DNA of 64,000 nucleotides. It comes from Gammaproteobacteria bacterium. Its GTDB lineage: Bacteria > Pseudomonadota > Gammaproteobacteria > CAJXQU01. Below are positions 18,713 through 30,126 of this stretch, one piece after another. The stretch lies in assembly GCA_965238175.1 (NCBI GenBank), contig CBDEGZ010000003.1, forward strand, positions 1 to 64,000, read 5' to 3'. The position numbers and the translations under genes are program-made. Numbering within the stretch: position 1 is the first letter of the stretch; each line of letters starts with the position of its first letter. The notes beneath the pieces were generated by a model. That model was not told the origin of the DNA. It made no database searches and saw nothing but the letters and a program-made list of their open reading frames with translations.

Positions 18713-20065
18713 TTAGTCATCCCAGAGTTTTTTCCACCAAGGCAGTTCTTCTACAGGTTGAATCGGTTTTACGCCGGGCACTTTATTCCGAATACCGTTG
18801 ATGTCCCATCCGGTTAGATTCGCGAGGGTTTTGACCTCTTGCTCTTTACGTTTGGGTAACGTTTTAGTTAGATATTCTTCTGCTGCAGGACATTTAGCTT
18901 CGCCATTCCAGGGGTGCTTAATTACATAGCGTCCTTGAAAATTTTCACGGTCACCCGTTTGTTGAAAGAATAGATCTTCCGGAAAATTTTCTTGATCATA
19001 TCGAACGTGCAAACGTGAAATAAAAACATCCTTTGCTTGAGGCATGATCCGTTTGGAATTCGGTTGATCCACAGGTTGTATTTGATCATTTAGCCAGAAA
19101 ACACCCAATTCTTTTAATTCTTTATCGGATAATGGATCGGCGGCACATGGATCGCACCAATTCATATCCCAGGCATATTCGAGAAAGACTGCACGATTAT
19201 TTTCTTTTTTAACTTGCGATCGAAACATGTCGAGGTAAAAATTCCCAAAGTCATCTTTTATAAATGCTGGTAACTCCATTCCAGTTGGCATTTTTACGGT
19301 TCGATAATTGGTCGTTTCGACGCGTCCTTTTTTTGTCAGTGCATAAACATAAAGTTCTTGTGCACCATCAGCATTGAGCATTCCTAATCTGATCGGCAGC
19401 ATGAATTTGGGGCTTTCGTAAGCAACTTGAATAGGACGCAAATTTGCAAACCCCAATTTTGATTGTTCTTCCAAATTCACTTTCGCAACAAAAAACCTCA
19501 TATCCTGTTTAATATAACTATTAACGACAGATTCTGCACCATCAGGAATACGGTAACTATTCTCTTTTAACCAGGTGATCAGACTATTACTTTGTTCGGC
19601 AGCTAAGATCAAAATATCGTATTCACCCACAGTGTATGAGGCTTCGATTTTGACCCCTAGACTATTCGCTCGTTGTTGTGCAGCACCATCCATTACTGCT
19701 TCAGACGCAGACATATTCTTCATCATGCGAATAACCATGCAAGGATCTTCATCAAAATATTCCACCAGTCGTGGTGCAGAATAGCTATCAAGATGATCAA
19801 CAATTGCATTGTCGGTGACATGAATTTGTTCGCGTTGCAAAACCGTAGGAACAGGAATGACCATGGCGAAATCTTTTACATCGCCTTTGAAATCATTACT
19901 CATGGTTAACACGGTTCGATTTTCATCACGAACCATGACAACTTGTGATGCTTTGTTGAATAACTTGCTGTCTGCTTTTGCGACATAAAACCCACAAAAT
20001 GCCTGACTGAATACAGGCATTAATGTCATTGAGATAAAACTAAGTAAGAGTATTGGTTTTTTCAT
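18713..20065 (-). CDS. DUF2330 family secreted protein
   Basis: Signal peptide followed by FCGFYVAKAD; SAPRLVEYFD, FMLPIRLG and WCDPCAADP motifs. Confidence 0.88.
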   Translation of the reverse strand: MKKPILLLSFISMTLMPVFSQAFCGFYVAKADSKLFNKASQVVMVRDENRTVLTMSNDFKGDVKDFAMVIPVPTVLQREQIHVTDNAIVDHLDSYSAPRLVEYFDEDPCMVIRMMKNMSASEAVMDGAAQQRANSLGVKIEASYTVGEYDILILAAEQSNSLITWLKENSYRIPDGAESVVNSYIKQDMRFFVAKVNLEEQSKLGFANLRPIQVAYESPKFMLPIRLGMLNADGAQELYVYALTKKGRVETTNYRTVKMPTGMELPAFIKDDFGNFYLDMFRSQVKKENNRAVFLEYAWDMNWCDPCAADPLSDKELKELGVFWLNDQIQPVDQPNSKRIMPQAKDVFISRLHVRYDQENFPEDLFFQQTGDRENFQGRYVIKHPWNGEAKCPAAEEYLTKTLPKRKEQEVKTLANLTGWDINGIRNKVPGVKPIQPVEELPWWKKLWDD

Positions 20066-20906
20066 AATGTATTCCTTTGTTTTGAACTGATTTTGATGAA
20101 TACCCTGATGAAAGCATCTGCCATTGAAATTTTTCATCGGGTAAGAATCGATCAATTATGGGTGTTAACAAACAGCACCCTACTAATGCGTATAGCACAC
20201 CGTTTGGTTGATAAAGTACAAACTGAATAGTCGTTGCCCCTAGAGTCACTATCGCAGCAAAAACAATTCGTCCAGCTCGTGAATTTGGGGTTGTCATTGG
20301 ATCTGAAATCATAAAAAAAGCAAAGATCAAAAGTGCACCGCTTTGCAACTGATGAAGTGGAATTGTTAAAGGATCTCCCAACCAAAACGCACGTCCAAAA
20401 ATCACAGTTGTATAGAATGCCAGAAAAGCAATGGTGATATCTGATCGACGTGATTTATTGATCACGAGCATACCAAGGCATGCGATCAAAAACAGGAATA
20501 ACAGATCACGCCCCCATTGCCCGGACGAAACCCAAGCAGAATCGAAACATAAGATCATCACAACCAGTGCAAGATTTGTCGGGTTGAAAATATGTTTGTT
20601 TTTTGATCGAATGACAAACTTACTGGCGATAGTGATAAAAGCTGCAAGTGCTGCGATAAATAAAACGTCGGTTCGTAACAAAAGACAAAGGGATAAACTT
20701 GAGATTAGGGCACTGCGTGGATCAAATTTATTGAGTGATGAGTGTTGTTGAAGAAATATTTTAGTAAAAAAGTATTGTGTAAGTTGTGCGAATAATAGAA
20801 TGGTAATCGCTATATCAAAACGGATTTCAAAATCAAGAAATAGCAAACCATAAAAAAGTAAAAAACTTAATATAGCGATTTGATAATAACGAGGATCATG
20901 TCGCAT
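20040..20906 (-). CDS. Stand-alone RnfD/NqrB-like membrane protein
   Basis: Polytopic; SKF...HIFNP and AFFMISDPMTTP motifs; overlaps the DUF2330 start. Confidence 0.82.
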   Translation of the reverse strand: MRHDPRYYQIAILSFLLFYGLLFLDFEIRFDIAITILLFAQLTQYFFTKIFLQQHSSLNKFDPRSALISSLSLCLLLRTDVLFIAALAAFITIASKFVIRSKNKHIFNPTNLALVVMILCFDSAWVSSGQWGRDLLFLFLIACLGMLVINKSRRSDITIAFLAFYTTVIFGRAFWLGDPLTIPLHQLQSGALLIFAFFMISDPMTTPNSRAGRIVFAAIVTLGATTIQFVLYQPNGVLYALVGCCLLTPIIDRFLPDEKFQWQMLSSGYSSKSVQNKGIHYEKTNTLT

Positions 20907-21006
20907 TTGTCCACTCCATCGAATACTTTAAAGCCACATTTAGTTTTGAATCGTAGTGTGGATAAGCTAAATTCAAAATCAACGAAACCAGATTAGGTAC
21001 AAAATG

Positions 21007-21633
21007 CTAAATTGATTCCGGTTTCTGATCTTTTTGTAGCGACTCTTCCCATGCGCGTTCTAGTTCTCTGGTGATGTTTTCAAATTGTTTTTGTATCTCT
21101 GGGATCCGTTCTTTCATTTCTTTACCAAAGTCAGAGATGCCTTTTTCGATCTCAGGCATAGCTCTATCCAGTTCTTCCATTGAATTTTCGAACTGTTTTG
21201 AAAGTTGTTCACTGAAACCTTTCAACTCTTGAAAAATTTGATTCAACTGTCCAGTGTTACGGATCGAATCAACGGTTGCGTGATAATCAACTTTCCATTG
21301 TTGATTTTCTTGTACGAGCAATGTGTCGATAGCAACAGTGAAAGGTTTATCACTCTCAACGACAACATTGGTTTCAACTTCTGCAAGTTTTCCATCAATG
21401 ACTATTTTACCGAAACTAATATTTGAAACGGAGATTATATTTTCTGCTTGATGTTCATCACGTAGAGATTTCTCCGAAATATAATTTTTAAGCTGATCAA
21501 TATTTTTTGTTTCAATTGCAGACCAAAAAGCCTGTGTGACTTCCATCGGAGTTTTTGGCTCATCTTCACAAGCGGAAAGCAAAAATATTGAGAAAAAAAG
21601 GACGATTGTTAGAATTATTTTTTTCATATTCAT
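21007..21633 (-). CDS. Hypothetical lipoprotein (NTF2-like N-domain plus coiled coil)
   Basis: Lipobox LSAC; ENQQWKVD; helical C-terminus. Confidence 0.75.
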   Translation of the reverse strand: MNMKKIILTIVLFFSIFLLSACEDEPKTPMEVTQAFWSAIETKNIDQLKNYISEKSLRDEHQAENIISVSNISFGKIVIDGKLAEVETNVVVESDKPFTVAIDTLLVQENQQWKVDYHATVDSIRNTGQLNQIFQELKGFSEQLSKQFENSMEELDRAMPEIEKGISDFGKEMKERIPEIQKQFENITRELERAWEESLQKDQKPESI

Positions 21634-22130
21634 TGTCTCACGCAGTAACCAAAATAATGATCAAGTGCATGCGGATAGAGTGCACGCCAATCAGGATCTT
21701 CATTATTATCAACAGGCCACCAGTTTTTATCTATTCTCCACTCGATATGGTAATGCTTGCCGCAGTCTTCAAGATTAGCTGTTTTAAGCCATTTTTTTCG
21801 GCTTTCGTCAGTGATTTTTTCATTAGAAAAATAATCCTTAACAATGAGAGGATATGCTTTACCAAGATTAGGGATTTTATTTTTATCAAGCTGCATGGAA
21901 GCTGAACGGCTTGCGAAACTAAGCGCCATAGCATCCAAAGCCGAGACAGGTTCTAAGGGATGTTCCATACGACTAATTTGATCACAAATTTCCATCTGAC
22001 CATCAGAACAAGCGCTGATCAAGGCACCGACGTGTTCGGCTTCATTCGCGTAGGACAGGTGGGAGAAAAAGAACATGAAAAGGAGGTATAAAGTGTTGTA
22101 ATTCACGTCGGGAACCATAGATCGATTCAT
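21630..22130 (-). CDS. Hypothetical secreted protein with four Cys
   Basis: Signal-like hydrophobic segment; ATGA overlap with the next gene. Confidence 0.6.
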   Translation of the reverse strand: MNRSMVPDVNYNTLYLLFMFFFSHLSYANEAEHVGALISACSDGQMEICDQISRMEHPLEPVSALDAMALSFASRSASMQLDKNKIPNLGKAYPLIVKDYFSNEKITDESRKKWLKTANLEDCGKHYHIEWRIDKNWWPVDNNEDPDWRALYPHALDHYFGYCVRQ

Positions 22131-22488
22131 TTAATCATATGTCCGACAGTATAATCAATGCAATTGTTCCTATCTTATTAATAGAAAAATTTATTAGAAC
22201 GGATCCTGGGTTTTCTGTGTACTTTAATTTTTTAGCGGTAAACGATTAAGAAAATTTTCAAATTATAGGTTCGTTTTTTTAGTTGTGTTGTTTTTATCAG
22301 ATTTGAAACAGAGGTGATATTACTGCGTCCTATACCAATGATGGATAAATATCGATAATTAGCGTTGTTAAAACTTATGATACTTTTTTCTGGAGTTAAA
22401 AATCAGATATAAAAAACTTAAACAACTAGTTTGATATTCCGGGTGTAATATTTGAGACACACCCGAATTATCGAACTTAATGTCATGT

Positions 22489-23688
22489 TTAAATTTTAAA
22501 TGAACCCATCGTATCACCAACTTGATTCGCCAGCGCAGATAGACCTTGACTGGTTGAAGTTGATACATCAGCGGACTCTGCATTTTGCATTGAAATATCG
22601 TTGATATTAACAATATTACGATTGATTTCTTCTGCAACCGTGTTTTGTTGTTCCGCAGCAACGGCTATTTGGGTTGATACGTGCTCCAACTCACCTATAC
22701 CACTAGAAATATCTGACAATGCTTCACCTGCTGCTTGTGCAAGTTCCACACTGACCTGAGCTTGCTTCTGACCATCATCCATTACACCCACAGCTTGTTT
22801 TGATCTTGACTGTAGTTTTTCGATAATTGACTGAATTTCTTGAGTTGATTCTTGTGTTCGGCTTGCTAGCGAGCGTACTTCGTCTGCAACAACGGCAAAA
22901 CCACGACCTTGCTCACCTGCTCGTGCAGCTTCGATTGCAGCATTCAAAGCTAATAAATTTGTTTGTTCAGCAATACCCTGGATAACATCTAAAACAGATC
23001 CTATACTTTCGCTGTCTTTTTCTAAAGCGTGAATGACATCTGCGGCTCGTTCAACATCACTCGCGAGAGTGTTGATACCATTAATCGTATCTTGAACAAC
23101 TTTTGCACCTTTTTGAGATTGTGTTGCCGTTGTTTGAGCAACGGTTGCCGCACTTGCCGCACTTTTAGATACTTCTTGGACTGAGGCTGTCATTTGGTTC
23201 ATTGCAGTTGCGACCTGCCCTGTCTCATTTCGTTGTTGAACGATACCTTGCATAGACTGCTCTGTAATAGAAGCCATTTTATTGGTCTCTACTGCCACTT
23301 GATTTGTCGTATTGGAAACCTCTTTGATCAGTTCAGCGAAAGCTGCTGTGATTTCATTCGTCGCTTTTGCGAGTCGTATTCCTAATGGATTTTTACCACC
23401 TTCTAATGGCCGCGTGAGATCACAGTTACCAGAAATAATATCTTTAGCAATCCAGGTCATTGAGCCTGTAGTATAGTTGATTGGCTCAAGCACATATTTT
23501 ACCAACTTCATACTGAGTACGTATGCGGGGAGACTAACTCCAGCAACACAAGCTAAAATAGTCATGGCTATACTTGACGTCATTGCCCCTTGGGAAATAA
23601 CCCAGCCTACAATCGTACTAGCGATGAGCGCGGGAACAGCAGCTAACAACACTAAAGTTAACGTCATTTTTGTTTTAAGTTTCAGCAT
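22489..23688 (-). CDS. Methyl-accepting chemotaxis protein
   Basis: [34 protein letters not shown]. Confidence 0.96.
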   Translation of the reverse strand: MLKLKTKMTLTLVLLAAVPALIASTIVGWVISQGAMTSSIAMTILACVAGVSLPAYVLSMKLVKYVLEPINYTTGSMTWIAKDIISGNCDLTRPLEGGKNPLGIRLAKATNEITAAFAELIKEVSNTTNQVAVETNKMASITEQSMQGIVQQRNETGQVATAMNQMTASVQEVSKSAASAATVAQTTATQSQKGAKVVQDTINGINTLASDVERAADVIHALEKDSESIGSVLDVIQGIAEQTNLLALNAAIEAARAGEQGRGFAVVADEVRSLASRTQESTQEIQSIIEKLQSRSKQAVGVMDDGQKQAQVSVELAQAAGEALSDISSGIGELEHVSTQIAVAAEQQNTVAEEINRNIVNINDISMQNAESADVSTSTSQGLSALANQVGDTMGSFKI

Positions 23689-23920
23689 TTTGTAAATCCT
23701 CTAGCCTTTTTCCTTGTCTATAAATTTAAAAAAATATATCAATAATTTAAAAAAACATTACCTTCTGCCATCGTTATCGTCTATTACGAAAACTTCTTTA
23801 GTAATTACAGTTGTTTGTTCTCAAAAAATCTGATTACACATAACACAATTGGTCTGTTTTATGCTTTAATAATCCCTGATAAAATAGAATCATGGTTATA
23901 AAATATTTTGGGTGAACTGA

Positions 23921-26194
23921 ATGAAAAAAAGTTTTAGCTTTTTATTGGTATGCATGTTTCTTACCAGCTGTTCTGGATCTGATCAACAAAAGAGTACTAA
24001 GTTTGTTGAAAAAGCGGATACCCTATTTGCACAAGAAAATTTTACAAAGGCTGCATTGGAATACAAAAATGCACTACAAGTTGATCCGGCCAATGTAGAT
24101 GCACACCTTAAACTGGCAGAAACACATCTCAAGTTGGAAGATTTACGCAGCGCTTACCAGTCATATACGCGAGTTCTAGCTTTACAACCTGAGAATATAG
24201 ATGCACAGATGAGATTAGCTTCATTTTATTTCATGATGAAGAAGTTTGATGACAGCAGGAAGAGTATTGGCCTGGTTTTGAAAAAGGAACCGTTTAATAC
24301 GGAAGCACTTATGCTACAAGCAGGGCTTTTGATCGAAGAACGAGATCTGGATGAGGCTGAATTTATTTTACGTCGGGTTCTAAGGCAAGATGAAAAAGAT
24401 GCACAGCCTTATCTTCCTCTTGCTCAGATCTTGGTGAGTAAAGGAAAAATCGACGAAGCTCAAGCCTTGTTAGAAAAAGGTAGTGAGATAATACCTGACA
24501 AGATCAACTTAAAACTGGCTTTATATAGCTTATACAAGCAAAAAGGTACAACGGACAAAGCAGATGCTTATATCAATGATCTAGTTAAGCAATATCCCGA
24601 AGATGTATCGGTTTCATTATCCCTGGCAAATGTAAAACTTGGCCAGAATAAGGTTGATGAAGCGGAGAGTATCCTCAATTCAGCAATGGAAAAACATCCT
24701 GAAAATGGAAAAATATTTGCTGCACTTGCAAAAGTTTATGAATCATTGAGGCGCAAAGATGATCTTATCGCACTCTATCGACAAGCGTTAGAGAAGTCAC
24801 CAGAAAATTCAGAAAAGCAGTTGGCGCTTGGGGAAGCGCTGCTGAAGTTTGGTGAACAGGATGAAGCGGGCAAATATTTACAACAGGTAATAGAGAAACA
24901 ACCCGACAATCAACGAGCGAGAATACTGAACGCGGAACGTTTAATTACTATCAAAGAATTTGATCCGGCAATTGCACAGTTGGATAAACTACTTGAAGAC
25001 ATACCAGCTAGTTTTGTTGAAGCGAACTATACAAAAGCATTAGCTTTGCTTGCGAATGGTAAAATTGAGGCCGGCAAACAACTGCTGGAAGAAATACTTG
25101 CCGTCAGGATTGACCACACAAATTCGCGAAAATTGTTAAGCAAGCTTTATTTGAGGGATCGTGAATATCAGAAAGCGGTCGATCTTGGAGAGCGTATTTT
25201 AACTTTACATCCGGAGAATGCGGATACACTGAAGATGGTTGGCGCAAGCGCTATTTTATTAGAGCAAACAGAAAAAGCCCGACAGGTCTTTGAAAAGCTG
25301 ATCAAAATTGATCCGACCAAATCAGATGGATACCAAGCTTTAGGGCTTTTATACGCTAGACAGAAAGATTTCGTTAAGGCAATTGAGAATTATGAGAAAG
25401 CGATCGAGATAGATCCGCAAAGAATTGAAGTGCTACAAAAGATGGTTTCGATCCACGTAGCGAATAAAGCACCAGATAAGGCATTGCAAGTGTGCGATGA
25501 AGCACTATCAAAGATAACAAATAATTCTAAAATATCTGCAGGAATAGAGTTATTAAAAGGTCAAATTCATTTGACGACGAAAGAACTGGATAAAGCTGAG
25601 TTGTCGTTTGAAACATCAATAGAATTGGCTCCAGATCAGCAAGAAGGATATTTCTTCTTGGCTAAATTGAATATTGCGCGGTTTGGTGCTGATAAAGCAA
25701 TCGAGATTATGGAAGAAAATATTTTGCAAAATCCCGATCAGCCAGTGCCTCATCTATTGGCAGCAAACATATATGACTTGAGAGGTGAATTTGATCGTTC
25801 AGAACCACATTACCGGAAGATCATAGAGCTACGCCCAAGTTATATACCGGCAAAAAATAATCTCGCTTATGTGTTGGCCGAGCAAGAAAAAAATCTTGAT
25901 GAAGCTTTGAAATATGCAGAAATGGCCAAAGAAAAATTAGGAGAGAATGTGCAAGTATTGGATACACTAGGTTGGATCCAGACTAAAATGGGCAATACTG
26001 ATGCAGCGATTATGAATCTGCAAAAAGGTCTCGAACTAGCACCGGATCAACCTAGCATTCTTTACCACTTAGGTTTGGCTTATCTCAAAAGTGGTAATAA
26101 TGAAAAGGCTAAGGGTGAATTAGAAAAAGCACTAGTTTCAGGTCAGGAATTTCCTGAAAAGGAAAAAGTGCAAGAAGCCTTATCGAGGCTTTGA
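23921..26194 (+). CDS. Long TPR-repeat lipoprotein (PrsT-like)
   Basis: Lipobox LTSC; many TPRs; KNNLAY...LDTLGW...YHLG C-terminus. Confidence 0.85.
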   Translation: MKKSFSFLLVCMFLTSCSGSDQQKSTKFVEKADTLFAQENFTKAALEYKNALQVDPANVDAHLKLAETHLKLEDLRSAYQSYTRVLALQPENIDAQMRLASFYFMMKKFDDSRKSIGLVLKKEPFNTEALMLQAGLLIEERDLDEAEFILRRVLRQDEKDAQPYLPLAQILVSKGKIDEAQALLEKGSEIIPDKINLKLALYSLYKQKGTTDKADAYINDLVKQYPEDVSVSLSLANVKLGQNKVDEAESILNSAMEKHPENGKIFAALAKVYESLRRKDDLIALYRQALEKSPENSEKQLALGEALLKFGEQDEAGKYLQQVIEKQPDNQRARILNAERLITIKEFDPAIAQLDKLLEDIPASFVEANYTKALALLANGKIEAGKQLLEEILAVRIDHTNSRKLLSKLYLRDREYQKAVDLGERILTLHPENADTLKMVGASAILLEQTEKARQVFEKLIKIDPTKSDGYQALGLLYARQKDFVKAIENYEKAIEIDPQRIEVLQKMVSIHVANKAPDKALQVCDEALSKITNNSKISAGIELLKGQIHLTTKELDKAELSFETSIELAPDQQEGYFFLAKLNIARFGADKAIEIMEENILQNPDQPVPHLLAANIYDLRGEFDRSEPHYRKIIELRPSYIPAKNNLAYVLAEQEKNLDEALKYAEMAKEKLGENVQVLDTLGWIQTKMGNTDAAIMNLQKGLELAPDQPSILYHLGLAYLKSGNNEKAKGELEKALVSGQEFPEKEKVQEALSRL

Positions 26195-26324
26195 GGTATA
26201 TACTACCTATACAAAGTCTATGCTATTATTGATGTTAAGTTATTTGATTTGAACATTGCATGAGAATCACTCTACAATCAGAAATCCTTTCCTATTAGTC
26301 TATTTTCTTTAGAAGATATTAATT

Positions 26325-27071
26325 ATGTTGTTAATCCCTGCAATTGACCTGAAAGACGGCAAATGTGTGCGCCTACGTCAAGGCGACATGGATCAAAATA
26401 CTGTGTATTCCGAAGATCCCGTTGCTATGGCTGGCAAGTGGGTTGCGGCTGGTGCGAAACGGCTGCATCTGGTGGATCTGAATGGCGCTTTTAAAGGCAA
26501 GCCAGTCAATGGTAAAGTCATACACGCCATTGCCGAGGCATTTCCTGATGTTCCTATCCAAGTCGGCGGTGGTATTCGAGATGATGATACCATCCAGAGT
26601 TATCTGGATGCAGGTGTCAGTTATGTGATCATCGGAACCAAAGCGGTTACTGCACCACATTTTGTTGAAGATGCATGCTTGGAATTCCCAGGCCATATTA
26701 TTGTTGGTATGGATATAAGAGACGGCAAACTGGCAATTGATGGATGGTCTAAACTTTCTCATCACGATCCACTTGATCTGGCATTACAGTTTGAAGAAAA
26801 AGGTGTGGCAGCGATTGTTTATACTGACATTAGCCGAGATGGAATGATGACCGGTGTTAATGTCGATGCAACCGTTGCTTTTGCAAAAGAACTGACTATC
26901 CCATTAATTGCTTCGGGTGGAATAACCAACATTGAAGACATCAAAAAGCTTTGTGCCGTCGCAAATGAAGGTATTGAAGGTGCGATCACGGGTAAAGCAA
27001 TATATGAAGGTACTTTGGATTTTGAAGAAGGTCAAAGACTTGCCGATGAACTTTGCAGCCTGAATGAATAA
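26325..27071 (+). CDS. hisA: ProFAR isomerase
   Basis: [17 protein letters not shown]; YTDISRDG. Confidence 0.97.
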   Translation: MLLIPAIDLKDGKCVRLRQGDMDQNTVYSEDPVAMAGKWVAAGAKRLHLVDLNGAFKGKPVNGKVIHAIAEAFPDVPIQVGGGIRDDDTIQSYLDAGVSYVIIGTKAVTAPHFVEDACLEFPGHIIVGMDIRDGKLAIDGWSKLSHHDPLDLALQFEEKGVAAIVYTDISRDGMMTGVNVDATVAFAKELTIPLIASGGITNIEDIKKLCAVANEGIEGAITGKAIYEGTLDFEEGQRLADELCSLNE

Positions 27072-27106
27072 ATATTGTTCATGGGCCTAGATCATAGGAA
27101 ATCTCC

Positions 27107-27880
27107 ATGGGCTTAGCCAAACGTATCATTCCTTGTTTGGATGTCGATGCCGGCCGTGTAGTCAAAGGTGTCCAGTTTGTTGATATCCGTGATGCCGGCG
27201 ATCCAATAGAGATCGCACGTCGATACGATCAACAAGGTGCTGATGAAATTACCTTCCTTGATATCACTGCTAGTAGTGATGATCGTGAAACCATCGTTCA
27301 TGTCGTTGAAGAAGTCGCTAGTCAGGTATTTATTCCCTTAACTGTTGGCGGTGGCATTCGCACCGTTGCAGACATTCGCCGCATGCTTAATGCAGGAGCG
27401 GATAAAGTTGGGATCAATACTGCCGCTGTTTTCAATCCGGATTTCGTCGCTGAAGCCTCATCTAAGTTTGGCTCACAATGTATCGTTGTAGCTATTGACG
27501 CTAGACGAGTTTCAGAGCCTGGAGAGGCAAGTCGTTGGGAAATCTTTACCCATGGCGGTCGAAAACCAACAGGCATTGATGCGGTTGCATGGTCGGTAAA
27601 AATGCAAGAATTAGGTGCAGGGGAAATCTTATTAACCAGCATGGATCGTGATGGTACCAGAGATGGTTTTGATCTGGAGTTAACATGTGCTGTCTCAGAA
27701 GCTGTTGATATCCCCGTTATTGCATCGGGAGGCGTCGGTAATCTTGAGCATTTGGCTGAAGGTGTTTTAAAAGGCAAAGCTGATGCTGTATTAGCTGCGA
27801 GCATTTTTCATTTTGGAGAGCACACTGTAGAACAAGCAAAATTACAAATGCAAAAAGCGGGTATAGAGGTACGTTTGTAA
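27107..27880 (+). CDS. hisF: Imidazole glycerol phosphate synthase cyclase subunit
   Basis: RIIPCLDV; LTSMDRDG; AASIFH. Confidence 0.98.
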   Translation: MGLAKRIIPCLDVDAGRVVKGVQFVDIRDAGDPIEIARRYDQQGADEITFLDITASSDDRETIVHVVEEVASQVFIPLTVGGGIRTVADIRRMLNAGADKVGINTAAVFNPDFVAEASSKFGSQCIVVAIDARRVSEPGEASRWEIFTHGGRKPTGIDAVAWSVKMQELGAGEILLTSMDRDGTRDGFDLELTCAVSEAVDIPVIASGGVGNLEHLAEGVLKGKADAVLAASIFHFGEHTVEQAKLQMQKAGIEVRL

Positions 27881-27914
27881 GTTTTATGTTTATGAATCCT
27901 GAAAGAGCTTTGTG

Positions 27915-28334
27915 ATGGATCAAGAAAAGGATCAAAGTAACAATCAAAAACTCAGCTGGCTGGAAATGATCAAATGGGATGAAAAGGGCTTGATCCCGGC
28001 AATTGCTCAAGAAGCGAATACCGGCAAGCTGTTGATGGTTGCATGGATGAACCGCGAATCACTTAAATTGACAGTAGAAGAGAGGCGTGCAATTTACTGG
28101 TCAAGATCTCGAAAAAAGCTTTGGCGTAAAGGCGAAGAATCCGGACATGTACAGATCATAAAAGAGATCCGTCTAGATTGTGATAATGACGTGCTATTAC
28201 TTCAAGTAGATCAAAAAGGGGGTATCGCCTGCCACACAGGTCGGCATAACTGTTTCTTCAAGCGCTTAATAGATGGCCAGTGGCAGGAAGTGGAACCAAT
28301 ATTGCAAGATCCAGAGTCTATTTATAAAAAATAA
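27915..28334 (+). CDS. hisI: Phosphoribosyl-AMP cyclohydrolase
   Basis: WSRSR, KGEESG, DCDND and ACHTG...CF motifs. Confidence 0.96.
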   Translation: MDQEKDQSNNQKLSWLEMIKWDEKGLIPAIAQEANTGKLLMVAWMNRESLKLTVEERRAIYWSRSRKKLWRKGEESGHVQIIKEIRLDCDNDVLLLQVDQKGGIACHTGRHNCFFKRLIDGQWQEVEPILQDPESIYKK

Positions 28335-28344
28335 ATAAACTCCT

Positions 28345-29049
28345 ATGCACACTTTTCACAAGAAAATACCTTCTTTACTTTTGATTACTATTTATTTGAT
28401 TGGCTCGGTAGCAATGAGTGCTGAAACGATTGAAACTAAAGAAAATACGACAGTTGCTTTAGCTGATGAAGTTCTTAGGGATATTTTGACCATTCCTGAA
28501 AGAAGCATCCCTCCAGCTCTGTTAGCCCAAGTTCAAGCAATAGCGATTATTCCTGGAGTTATTAAAATCGGGTTGGTACTCGGTGGTAGTTATGGAGAGG
28601 GCGTAATTTTGATGAAGAATCGGCATACTCGTACATGGAGTGATCCTGTTTTCTTAACCCTGAAAGGTGGAAGTTTAGGACTACAAATGGGTGCCCAATC
28701 TTCTGATCTAATTCTCGTTTTTAAGAATAAACGCGGTCTTACAGATCTAATGCATGGAGAACTTACTCTTGGCGCTGGCGCTTCGGTTGCTGCAGGCCCA
28801 GTTGGTAGAAGTGCTTTAGCTGCAACTGATGTTAAACTTCGATCTGAGATCATGTCATACTCAAGGAGTCGAGGTCTGTTTGCAGGGATTTCTCTGGAAG
28901 GCGCCTCATTAGGTATTAATAATGCTGCGAATGCAGCTTTTTATAATAGAAACGAAATTTCTCCACGCCAGATTTTCAATGGCGAAGTGAGATCGCCAAG
29001 AGCAGTACAAACATTGAAGAATTCATTACGAGAACATGCAGGCCAATAA
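28345..29049 (+). CDS. SYLF/Ysc84 (DUF500) lipid-binding domain protein
   Basis: [14 protein letters not shown]; [10 protein letters not shown]; [15 protein letters not shown]. Confidence 0.9.
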   Translation: MHTFHKKIPSLLLITIYLIGSVAMSAETIETKENTTVALADEVLRDILTIPERSIPPALLAQVQAIAIIPGVIKIGLVLGGSYGEGVILMKNRHTRTWSDPVFLTLKGGSLGLQMGAQSSDLILVFKNKRGLTDLMHGELTLGAGASVAAGPVGRSALAATDVKLRSEIMSYSRSRGLFAGISLEGASLGINNAANAAFYNRNEISPRQIFNGEVRSPRAVQTLKNSLREHAGQ

Positions 29050-29368
29050 TAAAAATGAAACATTGCAGCTATTAGCTAGGGTCATCAAAGATCGCAAGCA
29101 GGCTGATCCAAAATCTTCTTATGTCGCAAGCCTGAATCAAAAAGGTTTAGACACTATACTAAAAAAAATTGGTGAGGAAGCTACGGAAACTGTCGTAGCA
29201 GCAAAAAATGGAGATCCTGAACAAGTCGTTTATGAAACAGCAGATTTATGGTTTCATACACTTGTTATGTTGGATAATCTCGAATTAGGACCAGAAGCCG
29301 TGCTAGCAGAATTAGAACGCCGCTTCGGACAATCAGGAATCGAAGAAAAAGCCAGCAGAGAAAAATAA
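29036..29368 (+). CDS. hisE: Phosphoribosyl-ATP diphosphatase
   Basis: SYVASL; KKIGEEATE; ETADLWFH. Confidence 0.96.
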   Translation: MQANNKNETLQLLARVIKDRKQADPKSSYVASLNQKGLDTILKKIGEEATETVVAAKNGDPEQVVYETADLWFHTLVMLDNLELGPEAVLAELERRFGQSGIEEKASREK

Positions 29369-29373
29369 GCGAT

Positions 29374-29515
29374 TTAAGGCCTTTCACGAGCAAGGCTTTT
29401 ATTCGTTGGCAAGGCAAAAACGCACGGAATGAAGGAGTTTATACGCATAAATGACTGATTGAGTACGTTTTTAACGATGCCAGAGGATAAAAGAACAATC
29501 GTGAAACGGTCTTGA
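29374..29515. repeat. ERIC-like palindromic element
   Basis: Terminal IR ttaaggcctttcacga / tcgtgaaacggtcttga; caaggc...aacgatgc; aggagtttatacgcataaatgactg resembles the ERIC core. Confidence 0.7.
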
Positions 29516-29541
29516 GAAAAATAAGCTCACTGGAGAACATC

Positions 29542-29742
29542 ATGGGAAAATTTGGAATAACAGAATTATTGATCATATTGGCAATTGTTGTATTGCTGTT
29601 CGGAACACGTAAATTAAAGTCTATGGGCGGCGATATTGGTGGTGCGATCAAAAACTTTAAGGGGGCACTCAAAGACGACACATCTTCTCCTGAAGAAACC
29701 AAAACCACGCTCGAAGAAAACGAAAAATCCAAGAATAGTTAA
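29542..29742 (+). CDS. tatA: Twin-arginine translocase TatA
   Basis: LLFGTRKL...GGAIKNFK; GGAG RBS before ATG 29542. Confidence 0.95.
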   Translation: MGKFGITELLIILAIVVLLFGTRKLKSMGGDIGGAIKNFKGALKDDTSSPEETKTTLEENEKSKNS

Positions 29743-29748
29743 TCCACC

Positions 29749-30126
29749 GTGTTTGATGTAGGTTTCTGGGAACTGGCCGTGATCAGCGTTGTTGCGCTTC
29801 TGGTGCTTGGGCCTGAACGATTACCGCGTGCCGTCCGTACAACAGGACTGTGGATTAGCAAAGCACGCCGAACCGTGACAACAATGAAAGCCGAGATTGA
29901 ACGTGAGCTTGACGTTGAAGAAATGAAAAAAGCGGTGGATCCAGAAACCATCGATACCCTTCAAGAATTTCAACACGATATAAAAGAGTCTCTCACGGTT
30001 AATAAAACGGACTTGCCCGGTTTCGACAATATTAATCTTGATGCTGAAATAACCGATTTTGAATCAGAGCTAAAAGATCAAAAAGTACCTCCCGAAATTG
30101 GTTCAAAAATAAAAGATCAAAAATGA
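29749..30126 (+). CDS. tatB: Twin-arginine translocase TatB
   Basis: FDVGFWEL...LGPERLP. Confidence 0.96.
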   Translation: MFDVGFWELAVISVVALLVLGPERLPRAVRTTGLWISKARRTVTTMKAEIERELDVEEMKKAVDPETIDTLQEFQHDIKESLTVNKTDLPGFDNINLDAEITDFESELKDQKVPPEIGSKIKDQK

